The notes under the pieces: generated by a model
What the model saw: the letters and a program-made list of their open reading frames with translations, nothing else
The model's database searches: none
Told to the model about the DNA's origin: nothing
Source of the DNA: Leptolyngbyaceae cyanobacterium
Lineage (GTDB): Bacteria > Cyanobacteriota > Cyanobacteriia > Phormidesmidales > Phormidesmidaceae
DNA length: 64,000 bases
Assembly: GCA_965263355.1 (NCBI GenBank)
Contig: CBDHHL010000032.1
Location: 192,001 to 256,000, forward strand
Reading direction: 5' to 3'
Translations under genes and position numbers: made by a program
Shown here: in pieces, positions 30,906 through 41,471 of the stretch
Numbering within the stretch: the first letter of the stretch is position 1
Layout of the letters: the number at the start of each line of letters is the position of its first letter

Positions 30906-31328
30906 ATGCCTGCTGTCAAAAAGTCTAGAAAGAAAGCATCCAAAACCTCAACGGCTACAGTTGACTCATCAGACTGTGGTGTCATGCAGCTTTCGCCAGA
31001 AGCACTGGCATTAATGGCCGATTTCTTTAAAGTTTTGTCTGAGGTGAGTCGGCTACAGATTGTATGCGCTTTGAAATCAGGTGACAAAAATGTGACAGAA
31101 ATTATTGAGATTACCGGGTTAGGACAGGCCAATGTGTCCAAACATCTCAAGATGCTGGCCCAAGCCGGGGTGGTCAGCCGTCGTCAGGAAGGTGTTTGTG
31201 TCTATTATCAAATCGCCAATCCATTTTTGTTTGAGCTTTGCGATCTGGTTTGTAATGCCCTATCCATTCAGATCGAACAGCAGTCACAGCAGTTTGAAGA
31301 ATTAGGTGCCATACGACAATCTCGTTAG
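30906..31328 (+). CDS. ArsR/SmtB repressor, BigR/SqrR-like Cys arrangement
   Basis: FKVLSEVSRLQIVC, QANVSKHLK HTH, C-terminal ELCDLVC. Confidence 0.9.
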   Translation: MPAVKKSRKKASKTSTATVDSSDCGVMQLSPEALALMADFFKVLSEVSRLQIVCALKSGDKNVTEIIEITGLGQANVSKHLKMLAQAGVVSRRQEGVCVYYQIANPFLFELCDLVCNALSIQIEQQSQQFEELGAIRQSR

Positions 31329-31343
31329 GAGCTAGCGATCTCA

Positions 31344-32773
31344 GATGGGTGACAAGTTAACCCCATTGCTCGGTTGTCAAGAGGTGTCAGGCAGGGCATG
31401 GAAATAGGGGCTGAAGTCAAGTGTTTTAGGTGGTTTACGAATCGTCTTAATAACACTTAGGTCACGGTTTTCAGGAGCCGCTAAATACGCAACTGGGTCG
31501 GTTGCTAACCCATTATTATAGGCATGATTGAAATGGTAGAGACCCCGCCAGACCATTTTCATTGAGATGCGCTCAAGGGGCAATTGGACGGCCTCAGCGA
31601 CCGCATCCGACAAATCCACTAAGACCGCATACATGAGCCAGGTGGCCCAGATTTGCAACTTAATGCCATTGAGCGACCCGGTCCAGAGATAGGCTAACCC
31701 CAACAACCGCTTGACCAGGTGAAAGGCATCTTCAATTCTCCACCTGCGAGCATAGAGGTCAGCGACAACGTAAGGAGGCAATCGCTCCGGTTCTAAGACT
31801 GAGGTGAGATATCGATACCAGCCCTTGCCCTTTTTAATTTCAATCAGTCTCACCCGAAGAAGAGACTTTCCCTGGGCATCTTTGCCAATCTCAATCAATT
31901 GGTCTTTTAACCGGGGGGTGAGACTGAATGGCGCAATGACGGTATAGGTCAAATTGGATTTAGTGGCACAGATAAAATCAACCTGTTTGACCACCAACTG
32001 GGTCCACCACTCAAAGTCATAGAACCCTCGGTCCAGGATCAAGAGGGTTTTGGCCGTCGCTAAGGCGAGTAAATCATCGAGAAATTGACAGTCATGGGCT
32101 TTAGCATTTTCATTAAACCAGATCTTGACGGGCAGTTGACTTGCCAAGGTGATCACGGTACAAATTTTGCCTGCTAACTGACCATTGGAAGACCTGCTCA
32201 AATAACCGATACGGGAAACTTAAAAATCGCTCACTCACCGCTTGACGACTGACACTCACCGCTTTGGTCCAAAGCAAATCTTTGCGATTGAGCATCCGGG
32301 TTAACTCAACCACTGAGGGCACCTGATACCACAACAGGGTGACCACCGTTGCCACCATCAAGGGCAACGTGAGGATCCTCTCCCGCATGCCTAGGGTTCG
32401 ATAGTAGGCTTGTTGACTATAGACCCCTGGGCTTAAAAGCTCTATCAGATGCGCTTCTATGGCCGCATTGTCGGGGGCCGGTACATGCCGTCGTCGAATG
32501 TGATCTGGGCCACCATCAAGGGCAACGGATCCTCTCCCGCATGCCTAGGGCGATAGTAGGCTTGTTGACGACCCCTGGGCTTAAAAGCTCTATCAGATGC
32601 GCTTCTATGGCCGCATTGTCGGGGGCCGGTACATGCCGTCGTCGAATGTGATCTGGGTTGCGGGCATATCGATGACCACTCATGAGCAGACTTAGTAGGG
32701 TAGTTCACTATCCTTTAATTATCCTGCTTTAGAGCCTTGACTATTGCTTCACAAGCTTAACTTGTCACGCATC
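31344..32773 (-). mobile_element. IS4-family element with inactivated transposase
   Basis: 17-bp IRs GATGGGTGACAAGTTAA (31344) and TTAACTTGTCACGCATC (32757); LILDRGF and YARRWRIEDAF motifs; internal deletion plus an imperfect ~150-bp duplication (32350-32657). Confidence 0.88.
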
Positions 32774-32830
32774 ACTTCAGCCCTTATTTTCATGCCCTTC
32801 CGGGCACCTCTTGACAACTGCGCTATGAGG

Positions 32831-33265
32831 TTAACCTGTCACCAATCCCTGTAATGCCAACATCGCGGCATGGGGAATCGCCGCCGCCTCAGTAAAGGTC
32901 ATACTCTCAGGCATTAGAGCCAGGGCGGTTTCCGGCACACATACATACTCTGCAAAGCCACCAAACCCGCACTCAGAAATGTCGCCATAGACCGCATCAC
33001 TCGGTCGAAACTGGGTAATGTTTTGGCCCACGGTCTCGACTCGTCCAGCCACTTCTGCGCCGGGGACTTGGATGTTAGGTTTACGCCAGCCACAGAGCAA
33101 CCGAATATAAAAGGGATTGCCTCTGATAAGACACCAATCCCAGTCGTTGACCGTGGTAGCATGAACTTTGACTAAGACCTCACCAGCCTTAGGCATGGGC
33201 TTTTCGATGTCTTTCAGCTCAAGATGATCTGGGGATCCATATTGGGATAAAACAATCGCTTTCAT
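32831..33265 (-). pseudogene. NAD(P)-dependent alcohol dehydrogenase/quinone reductase (MDR), truncated
   Basis: MKAIVLSQYGSP, GGFAEYV, EAAAIP; ends at ~144 aa, before the Rossmann domain, next to the IS4 end. Confidence 0.8.
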
Positions 33266-33332
33266 GATGGTTCTCTCTTCCACTAGAAAATGAAAATTTT
33301 TCAGAGAAATACTGCTGCCAAAAGTCACGCTT

Positions 33333-33770
33333 TTACCAGGGCTGGTTATACTTGTTTGCTGGCTGAGGCCATTTCCACACGTACCAAAACATGAACACCA
33401 TCGTCACCACTTCTACCAAGGCAAAAAACACGTAAGAGAGTGGGGTCGTCTCTCCCAAAGACGTCATGAGGGCAGGCACGACAACCCACAGGATAGTGAG
33501 TGGAATAGCGATAAAGTGCGCCCAGCGATTGGCTTTGTAAGCTAAGACACGAGATAGGAGAATCATTGCGATCGCGACCTCCATTAACACGGCAAATAAT
33601 AGCACCGTACTACCTGTCAGTTGCTGACTCATTTGATTCAAAAAGTCTAAATATCCAGGTCGCAACATGCCTAAAATGTCGGCATAGACCATGTTCAAAA
33701 GGACAAAAATCCACAGAGTAGAAAGTAGGGATCTTCTCTCCAAATCGGTCATCCGTTTGCTTGATTTCAT
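33333..33770 (-). CDS. DUF6326-like four-TM membrane protein
   Basis: LSTLWIFVLLNMVYADI, MILLSRVL..KANRW, YVWKWP. Confidence 0.75.
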   Translation of the reverse strand: MKSSKRMTDLERRSLLSTLWIFVLLNMVYADILGMLRPGYLDFLNQMSQQLTGSTVLLFAVLMEVAIAMILLSRVLAYKANRWAHFIAIPLTILWVVVPALMTSLGETTPLSYVFFALVEVVTMVFMFWYVWKWPQPANKYNQPW

Positions 33771-33911
33771 AGTGTTCTCCAAAACTTTGACTTGCGATTT
33801 CTGTCTCAATTTAGAAAATCAACAAGGACGCGGCTATCTAATTCCTGTGGATTTCGCACATTCTTGCGTTCAGTTTTGATGATGAGGATAGACTTTAGTT
33901 AGGTTTATCTG

Positions 33912-34799
33912 ATGCCCATGCCTCACGCACAGTTTCCATCACCTGAAGGATCTACTCAGTCGGAATGGCACGTGACCCAGCAATGGGGACCGGTCGGGAT
34001 TCGACACGCTCGTCATGTCTGCCGCTACGAGACGAGCGAAGATCCCTGGAAGTATAAGGACGAACATACTCTGGGCTTATTCCTATCGCCGCGCCCGTTT
34101 CAGTTTTCTCACCGGCAAGAGCGCCGCACCCATACTGGACTCTATAGTAAGGGCGATTTGCTGATCACCCCGGCAGATACACCGCTGATTACCCAGGCTG
34201 AAGGCGATGTTCAAATTGTGCAAATTCGGCTTCGAGATGCATTTGTGCGGCAAGTAGCTGGAGAGACGCTGGAGCAGGATAGCGATCGCATTGAACTCGT
34301 TCCGGTTTTTCAGACTCGTGATCCACAAATTGAGGCGATCGCAACATTATGGCTGGCAGAACTCCATCAGGCGTCCTTTAGTAGTCGGCTGTGTACCGAT
34401 TCGCTAGCCAATGTTCTGGCAGTGCATTTGCTGCGGCACCACGCGACCAGTCGGTCTGAGCTGCCTACCTACGTAGGCGGACTCCCTCAACGTCAGCTTT
34501 TGCAGATCTTGGACTATATTGATGCCTATTTAAGCAGTGAGATTACCTTAGCTGATCTAGCAGCACTCGTCGGAATGAGTCAATTTCATTTTGGGCGTCT
34601 CTTTAAACAATCGCTGAGCCTATCGCCTTACCAGTATCTGCTGCAGCAACGAGTAGAGCGAGCAAAGCAATTGCTAAAACAAACGGATAAACCCGTCGTG
34701 GAGATCGCCCTGGAGTGCGGTTTCAATAGCCACAGTCATTTTGGGCGAAAATTTCGGCAGCTGACAGGCATTACACCGAAAGCCTATCGTGCCAAATAG
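33912..34799 (+). CDS. AraC family transcriptional regulator
   Basis: MSQFHFGRLFKQS, IALECGFNSHSHFGRKFRQLTGITPKAYR. Confidence 0.95.
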   Translation: MPMPHAQFPSPEGSTQSEWHVTQQWGPVGIRHARHVCRYETSEDPWKYKDEHTLGLFLSPRPFQFSHRQERRTHTGLYSKGDLLITPADTPLITQAEGDVQIVQIRLRDAFVRQVAGETLEQDSDRIELVPVFQTRDPQIEAIATLWLAELHQASFSSRLCTDSLANVLAVHLLRHHATSRSELPTYVGGLPQRQLLQILDYIDAYLSSEITLADLAALVGMSQFHFGRLFKQSLSLSPYQYLLQQRVERAKQLLKQTDKPVVEIALECGFNSHSHFGRKFRQLTGITPKAYRAK

Positions 34800-34830
34800 G
34801 ATCTTCGACTTTCTAAGACAACAGAAATTG

Positions 34831-36906
34831 CTAAATCAGATCTAGCTCTGCGGCCCGTTTTACAGCGGCTCGACGATTGGTGACATTGAGTTTGCTGTAA
34901 ATCCGCTTGGTGTGAGTGCGCACTGTGCTCAAGGCCACCACAAGTTCACGGGCGATTTCTGGGCCGGACAGTTCGGTGTTGAGTAATCGGAGAACATCCA
35001 GCTCCCGTTGGCTGAGGGGTTCGATGAGGGGTTGGGGTGAGGGGGTGAGGGGGAGCGCGGATGGCGCTTTGTGCTTCTGTCCCCAGGTTTCTAATGCGGT
35101 TAATAGCCGATGAGTGTAAGTGGGTGTGATATCGCGAGTCATGGCCTCTCGCAGCAGTCGCACCATTGGGGTTCCACATTCTGCAAAGATGCGAACATAG
35201 CCCTCCGGTTCGGCCAGGAGTAAGGCCCGTTCTAGCGATGCGATCGCAGTGGCACAGATGGCAATCTGAACATTGCCCACCTTTTGAAAAATCATCAATC
35301 CATCGGCAAAGGATTGGTGTGCCGCTGCGACATCGCCACTAGTCCAATAGGCTAAACCGAGGAAGGCTGCGGTCACGCCCCGTTCGTTGTCGTCCTCGGT
35401 GGGTAATAGGGCCAGGGCTTGCTGGACATGGGTGATAGCACCGGCAAAGTCGCCCAGCGCCTGGGCGCGAAAGGCTCGGGCATTAGCGATAGAAGCCGGT
35501 AAAGATCGGGACTGCTTCATCCCGCTCCCTTGGGCTGCAGCGAGACTTCCGGCCTGAGCCACCCCCCGTTCGGCATCTTGTAAACGGGATTCAACCGCAT
35601 CTAGCTGACCCGCGTTCAACAACACTAGCGCATAGGCCATACTCAACGCTGGTCGAGTCCGAATCAGCGGGTCAGGGAGAGCCTTTATCCAACTCAGCAC
35701 CGTAGCCTCCTGCTGACGATTGCGCATAGCAGGCCACACTTGTTCAATCAGACCTGCCGCTCGTTCAAAATCTTGGGCAGCCAGAGCATGACGAATCGCA
35801 TCAGAGAACAAATCATTTTGCTCATACCACTCACTTGCCCGTCTGTGTAGGCTGGGCATCCGTTCTGGCCACTCCATCAGGGCATGAGCCTGAAGCACGT
35901 CGGCAAACAAATGATGGTAACGGTACCATTGGCGCTTGTTATCTAGTGGGATGATAAACAGGTTGCCACGCTCCAGCGTTTCCAGCATCCTCTGGCTACC
36001 GTTTTGACCAATAACGGCATCACACAGAGAACCATGTAAGCGTTCCAAAATGGCGGTTTGCAGCAAAAAGCGACGGACCGGATCCGGTTGCCGCTGTAAG
36101 ACTTCTTCCATCAGATAATCCACAATGTAGCGGTCATCCCCCGAAAAAGCCGCCACAAAATTAGCAATGTCATCACGTCCCTGGAGGGATAGCGCCGCTA
36201 GTTGCAGCCCTGCGATCCAGCCTTCGGTCCGCTGCTCCAGGGCGGAAACTTCTCTTGCCGAAATTGTTAAGCCCATCCCCTGGTTCAGAAAAGCCGCCGC
36301 TTCGTCCGGCGTAAACCGCAGGTCGCTCACCCTCAGCTCGATCAGTTCTCCGTGAGACCTTAAACGCGCCAGAGATAAGGGTGGGTCGGCACGGCTGGCA
36401 ATAATCAGATGCACTCGGGGCGGCAAATGGTTGAGCAAAAAGCCGATTCCGTCATGGATGGACTGGGCCTCAAGGACATGGTAATCATCAAGGATCAGGG
36501 CAATATCCGCTTCAACTGCAGTGAGTTCATTGAGCAACGTCATCAAGACCGACTCAATTGGGGGTGGTTGCGGTGATTGCAGTAACGAGAGCGAGCGCTC
36601 ACCGAGGCTAGCCTGAATATTTTTTAGAGCGGTGATCAGGTAGGTCCAGAAAAAAGTAGGATCATTGTCGCTCTGATCTAAGGAAACCCAAGCAACGAGT
36701 CTTGTTGGTACAGATGCTACCCATTCTGCGAGCAGCGTCGTTTTGCCAAACCCTGCTGGGGCGGAGACCAATGTTAGTTTGCGCTGTGGGTGGATGAGAT
36801 CGATCAGCCTCGGGCGCGAGACCAATTCAGCAGACCATTTGGGGAGGTAGAGCTTGGTCTCCAGGAGAGGAAGCTCTGAAATGATCGGTCTCGCCGAAAC
36901 AGTCAT
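34831..36906 (-). CDS. MalT-like LuxR STAND regulator, probably with an internal in-frame deletion
   Basis: LLETKLYLP, APAGFGKTT, LDDYH, RTEGW, YRYHHLF, EPLSQRELDVL LuxR HTH; only 691 aa. Confidence 0.88.
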   Translation of the reverse strand: MTVSARPIISELPLLETKLYLPKWSAELVSRPRLIDLIHPQRKLTLVSAPAGFGKTTLLAEWVASVPTRLVAWVSLDQSDNDPTFFWTYLITALKNIQASLGERSLSLLQSPQPPPIESVLMTLLNELTAVEADIALILDDYHVLEAQSIHDGIGFLLNHLPPRVHLIIASRADPPLSLARLRSHGELIELRVSDLRFTPDEAAAFLNQGMGLTISAREVSALEQRTEGWIAGLQLAALSLQGRDDIANFVAAFSGDDRYIVDYLMEEVLQRQPDPVRRFLLQTAILERLHGSLCDAVIGQNGSQRMLETLERGNLFIIPLDNKRQWYRYHHLFADVLQAHALMEWPERMPSLHRRASEWYEQNDLFSDAIRHALAAQDFERAAGLIEQVWPAMRNRQQEATVLSWIKALPDPLIRTRPALSMAYALVLLNAGQLDAVESRLQDAERGVAQAGSLAAAQGSGMKQSRSLPASIANARAFRAQALGDFAGAITHVQQALALLPTEDDNERGVTAAFLGLAYWTSGDVAAAHQSFADGLMIFQKVGNVQIAICATAIASLERALLLAEPEGYVRIFAECGTPMVRLLREAMTRDITPTYTHRLLTALETWGQKHKAPSALPLTPSPQPLIEPLSQRELDVLRLLNTELSGPEIARELVVALSTVRTHTKRIYSKLNVTNRRAAVKRAAELDLI

Positions 36907-37060
36907 AGATACATTCCCCGTATCGGCCTATATTTTAAGCCGGGAAACCTTCTAGGTGAAAGGGATTAGGGCCTGGAAAACCCTTTGACCCTGATAAACT
37001 TTTGCCAGCCACTTGACAAGTAGAGTTCAGAACAGTGTCTCCGTTTAATGGTGTCTGTAT

Positions 37061-38227
37061 TTAGGTTGCCGATAACGCGGTTTCTTTCATATCCGCCAAC
37101 ATCTTCTTAAGATGTTTTAATGCAGGGGTGACAATGGCTACAAAATATGCCTCTCGTAATTTACGTTCGGGGGCACTACCATGAACATAGGCCCGAGCAC
37201 CAGCGTGGAGCATGGCTGCCTGGGACGACCGTAACGAGAGTTCTGATGCTGTCGCCCGTGCTTGAATTATCTCACGGGTCAATTGAGGCTCGGCCACCCC
37301 TGTACAATCATTCAGCTGATCCGCCAAACGATAGGTGCGCTGTCGAGCCATCTGTAAATCGGCGCTGATATCCTCCACCTGGTCATCTAAATAACGATTT
37401 ACATGGCCCAGACGGTTGTTAGAGCGTCGCATCAGTTCAATGCAACTATCGGTCAGCCCCAATCCCATACCCACCTGGGTCAACATAAATCCAGGTCGAA
37501 TACAAGCGACATACTCTTCACAGGGAGCTGCTAAAACCCACTCATCGGGAACAAACGCATTGCGAAATACACAGCTATAGGTCCCTGTCCCTTCTAAGGC
37601 AATAAAATGAGCATTAAGCCGTAGTGACATGCCTTCCAGCTGATCGGAAACAATCGCCATCATGTAGTCTTCGGAATCTGCTAGTTTGGCGGCAATGCCA
37701 AAGTAATGTCCTGGTCCCAGATTCGACACCCAGGGCAATAGGCCATTAATCACATAGCCCCCATCCACTCGCTGCGCCGTCAGGGCAATTTTCTCAATAT
37801 CAGCAAAGTGCTTCATGGGGTTGGACAATCCCGTACCCGCCAGTGTCTGCCCCGTTGCTACCTGCGGCAACATTTCAGCCTTTAGATTAGTGTTTTCAGT
37901 ATTTTCCAGATACCAGGTACAGGCCACCTGACACCAGGTGATAAACCCAGTGGAAAGACAATCTTTAGAAATTTCTTCAATACTCTGGACAGCGGCCTTT
38001 AGACCTTTCCCGGAGCCTTGATACTCTTTTGAGACCCCATGGGAAAAGGCTCCAGCCTCTCCCAGCTGATGCATAATTTGTTTCGGAAATTCTCCCTTGA
38101 GATCAATGTCCTGCACCTTAGGCGTTAACACCTGGTTGATGACCGTGCGTAGATTTGCAATGGCTGGATCTTGATCTAAGTTTTCTAAAGATGCCCCGCG
38201 ATTTGGTGATTTTGAAATAGTTTGCAT
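37061..38227 (-). CDS. Acyl-CoA dehydrogenase-fold flavoprotein
   Basis: GTGLSNPMK, INGLLPWVSN, ALEGTGT, RKLREAYFVAIVTP. Confidence 0.85.
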   Translation of the reverse strand: MQTISKSPNRGASLENLDQDPAIANLRTVINQVLTPKVQDIDLKGEFPKQIMHQLGEAGAFSHGVSKEYQGSGKGLKAAVQSIEEISKDCLSTGFITWCQVACTWYLENTENTNLKAEMLPQVATGQTLAGTGLSNPMKHFADIEKIALTAQRVDGGYVINGLLPWVSNLGPGHYFGIAAKLADSEDYMMAIVSDQLEGMSLRLNAHFIALEGTGTYSCVFRNAFVPDEWVLAAPCEEYVACIRPGFMLTQVGMGLGLTDSCIELMRRSNNRLGHVNRYLDDQVEDISADLQMARQRTYRLADQLNDCTGVAEPQLTREIIQARATASELSLRSSQAAMLHAGARAYVHGSAPERKLREAYFVAIVTPALKHLKKMLADMKETALSAT

Positions 38228-38451
38228 GGCGATGCTGATGTCTATAAATAAAGTTTGATAATGCTGGGCGTATTAATCGCTGGGAGAAGTTGTGAAATTG
38301 ATGTCCATGAAATCTTAACCATGACAAAAATTTGCTAATTTCCTACCCTTTCGAAAATATTGCTGACAAATTATTTCGCAATATGGCAAACCTTTCGACA
38401 GCCCCCTAAGTCCCCCAATACTGGGGGACTTTGAGTTCATACTCTCGCAAC

Positions 38452-38994
38452 CTAAACCATCGAAACGGATACCGGCATGGGATTGCTCAATGTGGCAGAC
38501 ACAGGCGACCAGGTATTGGCATGGGCCACCATTTCCTCTAGTACAGCCTTGTCGGCGTCACCATCAATGTCCACCTTCACCCGCACATCGGTAAAGCCAA
38601 TCTGGGGCTTTTCCAATTCTCCAGTACCCCAGGTACTAACAATATTAATATCTCCCTCTAAGGCAATCTCCAGCTTGGTTAAGCTGATGCCTTTGGCTGC
38701 CGCATTAGCCTGAATACCAACTACCAGGCATGAGCCCAACGCCCCCAGCACAATTTCCGAAGGGTTAGGGGCAGTATTGTCACCTAAGAGTACTGGAGGT
38801 TCATCAATGGTAAACGCGTCTAGGTCACGGGCATAGTTGAGACTGCGAAACTTACCAGTACAAACAGTCTTAACCTTCAACGTTTTATCGGCAGGATTGG
38901 CTTTATTTTTAGCTGCCAACTCGGTCAGCCCATCCTGGGGAATGGGGGTAAGAGGGGTGGAAACCTCAGCGGTCATGGTAGTTGCTTCGGCCAT
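38452..38994 (-). CDS. OsmC/Ohr family protein
   Basis: IDEPPVLLGDNTAPNPSE.VLGALGSCL, WSPV. Confidence 0.88.
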   Translation of the reverse strand: MAEATTMTAEVSTPLTPIPQDGLTELAAKNKANPADKTLKVKTVCTGKFRSLNYARDLDAFTIDEPPVLLGDNTAPNPSEIVLGALGSCLVVGIQANAAAKGISLTKLEIALEGDINIVSTWGTGELEKPQIGFTDVRVKVDIDGDADKAVLEEMVAHANTWSPVSATLSNPMPVSVSMV

Positions 38995-39309
38995 AGGTCT
39001 ATCCAAATAGAATGATCACTCTATTTAAGATACAAGAAACTTCTAGGAGGGGAAAGAAAAATGTTATCGATTGGTAAAAAGGAATGTGATACCAAATCCG
39101 AATTTATTTAAACCCGATTAAAAATGAACAATCCTGTAGGGGCACTCCCTTGTGGATGTTCTTCGATAGCGGGCGCTATCAAGCAGGATTTGGTGTGAGT
39201 GGTGAAGAAAATCCCAGTTTTCCAAAAGTTCGTCCCATCTAATTGGCAACGCTGACAGGTATAAGTAAGGTGAATTTGCCTCTTTGATGGATTATTAGGG
39301 TTTTAGCCT

Positions 39310-39780
39310 ATGTCAGCTCCAAAACTGGTTCCTCCATTTACCTATGAGATCGCTGTTAAGAAAGTTCGGATGGCTGAAGACGCCTGGAATAGTCGAGATC
39401 CACAGCGAGTCTCTATGGCCTATTCAGAGAACAGCCATTGGCGCAACCGGGCGGAGATTTTTCATGGGCGGGAAGCGATTCGAGAGTTTTTGACCCGCAA
39501 GTGGGATAAGGAACTCGATTATCGATTAACCAAAGAGATGTGGGCCTTTGGGGAGAATCGTATTGCGGTGCGGTTTCAGTATGAGTGGCGCGATGATGCG
39601 GGGCAATGGTATCGCGCCTATGGGAATGAGAATTGGGAATTTGATGATGATGGTTTAATGCGTCGCCGGGAAGCCAGCATTAATGATAAGCCCATCAAGG
39701 AAGAGGAACGTCGCTTTCATTGGCCTGCACCAGGCCCCAGACCAGAGGATCATCCGGGATTAATTAATTCTCCAGAGTAG
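39310..39780 (+). CDS. DUF1348 / NTF2-like family protein
   Basis: [41 protein letters not shown]. Confidence 0.92.
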   Translation: MSAPKLVPPFTYEIAVKKVRMAEDAWNSRDPQRVSMAYSENSHWRNRAEIFHGREAIREFLTRKWDKELDYRLTKEMWAFGENRIAVRFQYEWRDDAGQWYRAYGNENWEFDDDGLMRRREASINDKPIKEEERRFHWPAPGPRPEDHPGLINSPE

Positions 39781-39891
39781 AGGATTAAAAGAACTCTAAG
39801 GGGCTTAGCTATCTTACAAAAAACGGAATAATTTGAAGAAGATGCAGACTCTTTCCTATTGTGATGGTTGTCAGTCGCCCATCATTAGGAA

Positions 39892-40653
39892 ATGACTATG
39901 CGCCAGGTCCGTGTTTTGATTTTGCTCTGTACTTGTTTAGTGGCGGTAGGTTTAAGCGGGTTTACCGGGTTTAATACAGGGCTTAATGCTGGCCCTAGAA
40001 TAGATACTACGCTGGAAGAGCAGGTACTTCAGATTATCCGTAACCATCCAGAAGCGATTCTAGAGTCTGTTCAGGCCTATCAACAGGCACAGCAGGAAGC
40101 GGCTCGACAGGCCCAAGCTGCTTTTGTTCAGCAGATGCGGGTAAACCCTGCTGCGGTGGTTGGCAATGCGCCGACTACGGGCTCTCCCCAGCAATCGCTG
40201 GTGCTATTAGAGTTTGCGGATTTTCAATGTCCCTATTGCGCTAAGGCCCATAATCGGGTTAAGGAGCTGTTGACACAATATCCGGATATAACGTTTGTTT
40301 ACAAACATTTTCCCTTAGTGAGTATTCATGAACAGGCTCAGGCATCAGCGCAAGCAGCTTGGGCGGCTCAGCAGCAGGGACAATTTTGGGCGTACTATGA
40401 CGCGCTCTATGACCATCAGGATGAGCTAGGGGAGGCTCTTTATCAGCAGCTGGCCGAGGAATTAGGGTTAGATTTGGAACAGTTTGAACGGGATCGCCAT
40501 AGTGCTGACGCTGGGGCTGCGATCGCAGCCGATGTCACCCAGGCCGAAACCATTGGCCTAAACGGCACTCCATTTTTTATCCTCAATGGCCAAGCCCTAT
40601 CGCCAGCACTAAAACCAGAGGAGCTAGAAGCGGCTTTAGGCAAAATACATTAA
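39892..40653 (+). CDS. DsbA family thioredoxin-fold protein
   Basis: Signal peptide, FADFQCPYC, KHFPL, GTPFF. Confidence 0.92.
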   Translation: MTMRQVRVLILLCTCLVAVGLSGFTGFNTGLNAGPRIDTTLEEQVLQIIRNHPEAILESVQAYQQAQQEAARQAQAAFVQQMRVNPAAVVGNAPTTGSPQQSLVLLEFADFQCPYCAKAHNRVKELLTQYPDITFVYKHFPLVSIHEQAQASAQAAWAAQQQGQFWAYYDALYDHQDELGEALYQQLAEELGLDLEQFERDRHSADAGAAIAADVTQAETIGLNGTPFFILNGQALSPALKPEELEAALGKIH

Positions 40654-40674
40654 TTGCTTAGAACCCATTAAGCA

Positions 40675-41277
40675 TTAACCGCATGCATGAGAATCTTGGG
40701 CATTCTTCAATGTCTGTCGGGCAATATCAAACCCTCGCTTCAACCGCGTTTTATCCCTGTGTAGTTTTCCCATCAACATTGCTCCCTCAATGGCGGTAAT
40801 AATTTGTTCGGCCAGGTGCTCTGGATTCACGTTGGCCTTTAGCTGTGGTTTGGCTTGACGTAGGGTTTGAGCGATCGCACCCTCCCATTTACTAAATATC
40901 TGCATCAGATGGTCACGAAATGAAGGATCTTGCTCTACTAGATCCACAATTAAATTACCCAATAAACAGCCACCACATCTGGGTTCTTTTAGCTGCTTTG
41001 CTTCCAAACGGTCTAGAATCCAAAAAATCTGCTCGATGGGATTTTCGCTCTGAGAGACTGCGGATTCTAGCACATTGGCCTGGAGTTGCGACCATTCAAA
41101 GTCAATCAGGGCATGACCTAGCTCATGTTTTGACTGAAAGTAGTTGTAAAAACTCCCTGGCGATGCCCCACTGACCTTAAATAACTGGCTTAATCCTGTG
41201 GTTGTCAGCCCTTGACGATGGACCGTGTTGACCACTGATTTTAAAATATCCTCACGGGTGCGTTTGAGGTTAGCCAT
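40675..41277 (-). CDS. TetR/AcrR family regulator (NemR/LmrA-like)
   Basis: N-terminal HTH GSFYNYFQSKHEL, GGCLLGNL. Confidence 0.92.
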   Translation of the reverse strand: MANLKRTREDILKSVVNTVHRQGLTTTGLSQLFKVSGASPGSFYNYFQSKHELGHALIDFEWSQLQANVLESAVSQSENPIEQIFWILDRLEAKQLKEPRCGGCLLGNLIVDLVEQDPSFRDHLMQIFSKWEGAIAQTLRQAKPQLKANVNPEHLAEQIITAIEGAMLMGKLHRDKTRLKRGFDIARQTLKNAQDSHACG

Positions 41278-41471
41278 GACAGTGTCAGGATTGTGAGCTT
41301 ACCTAGTATATCGTTCTCGTTTGAGGTTTTTGGTTAATTGTAGGTCATTCCCCCCTATAGATATCTGGTGTATCTCCACCGATGTCTATGATTGCCCACC
41401 ATCACCGATGTGGAAACGGTGGGCAGTATTAAGACGGTGCGTTACGGCTTCGCATAAAAGCACTCTACAGA

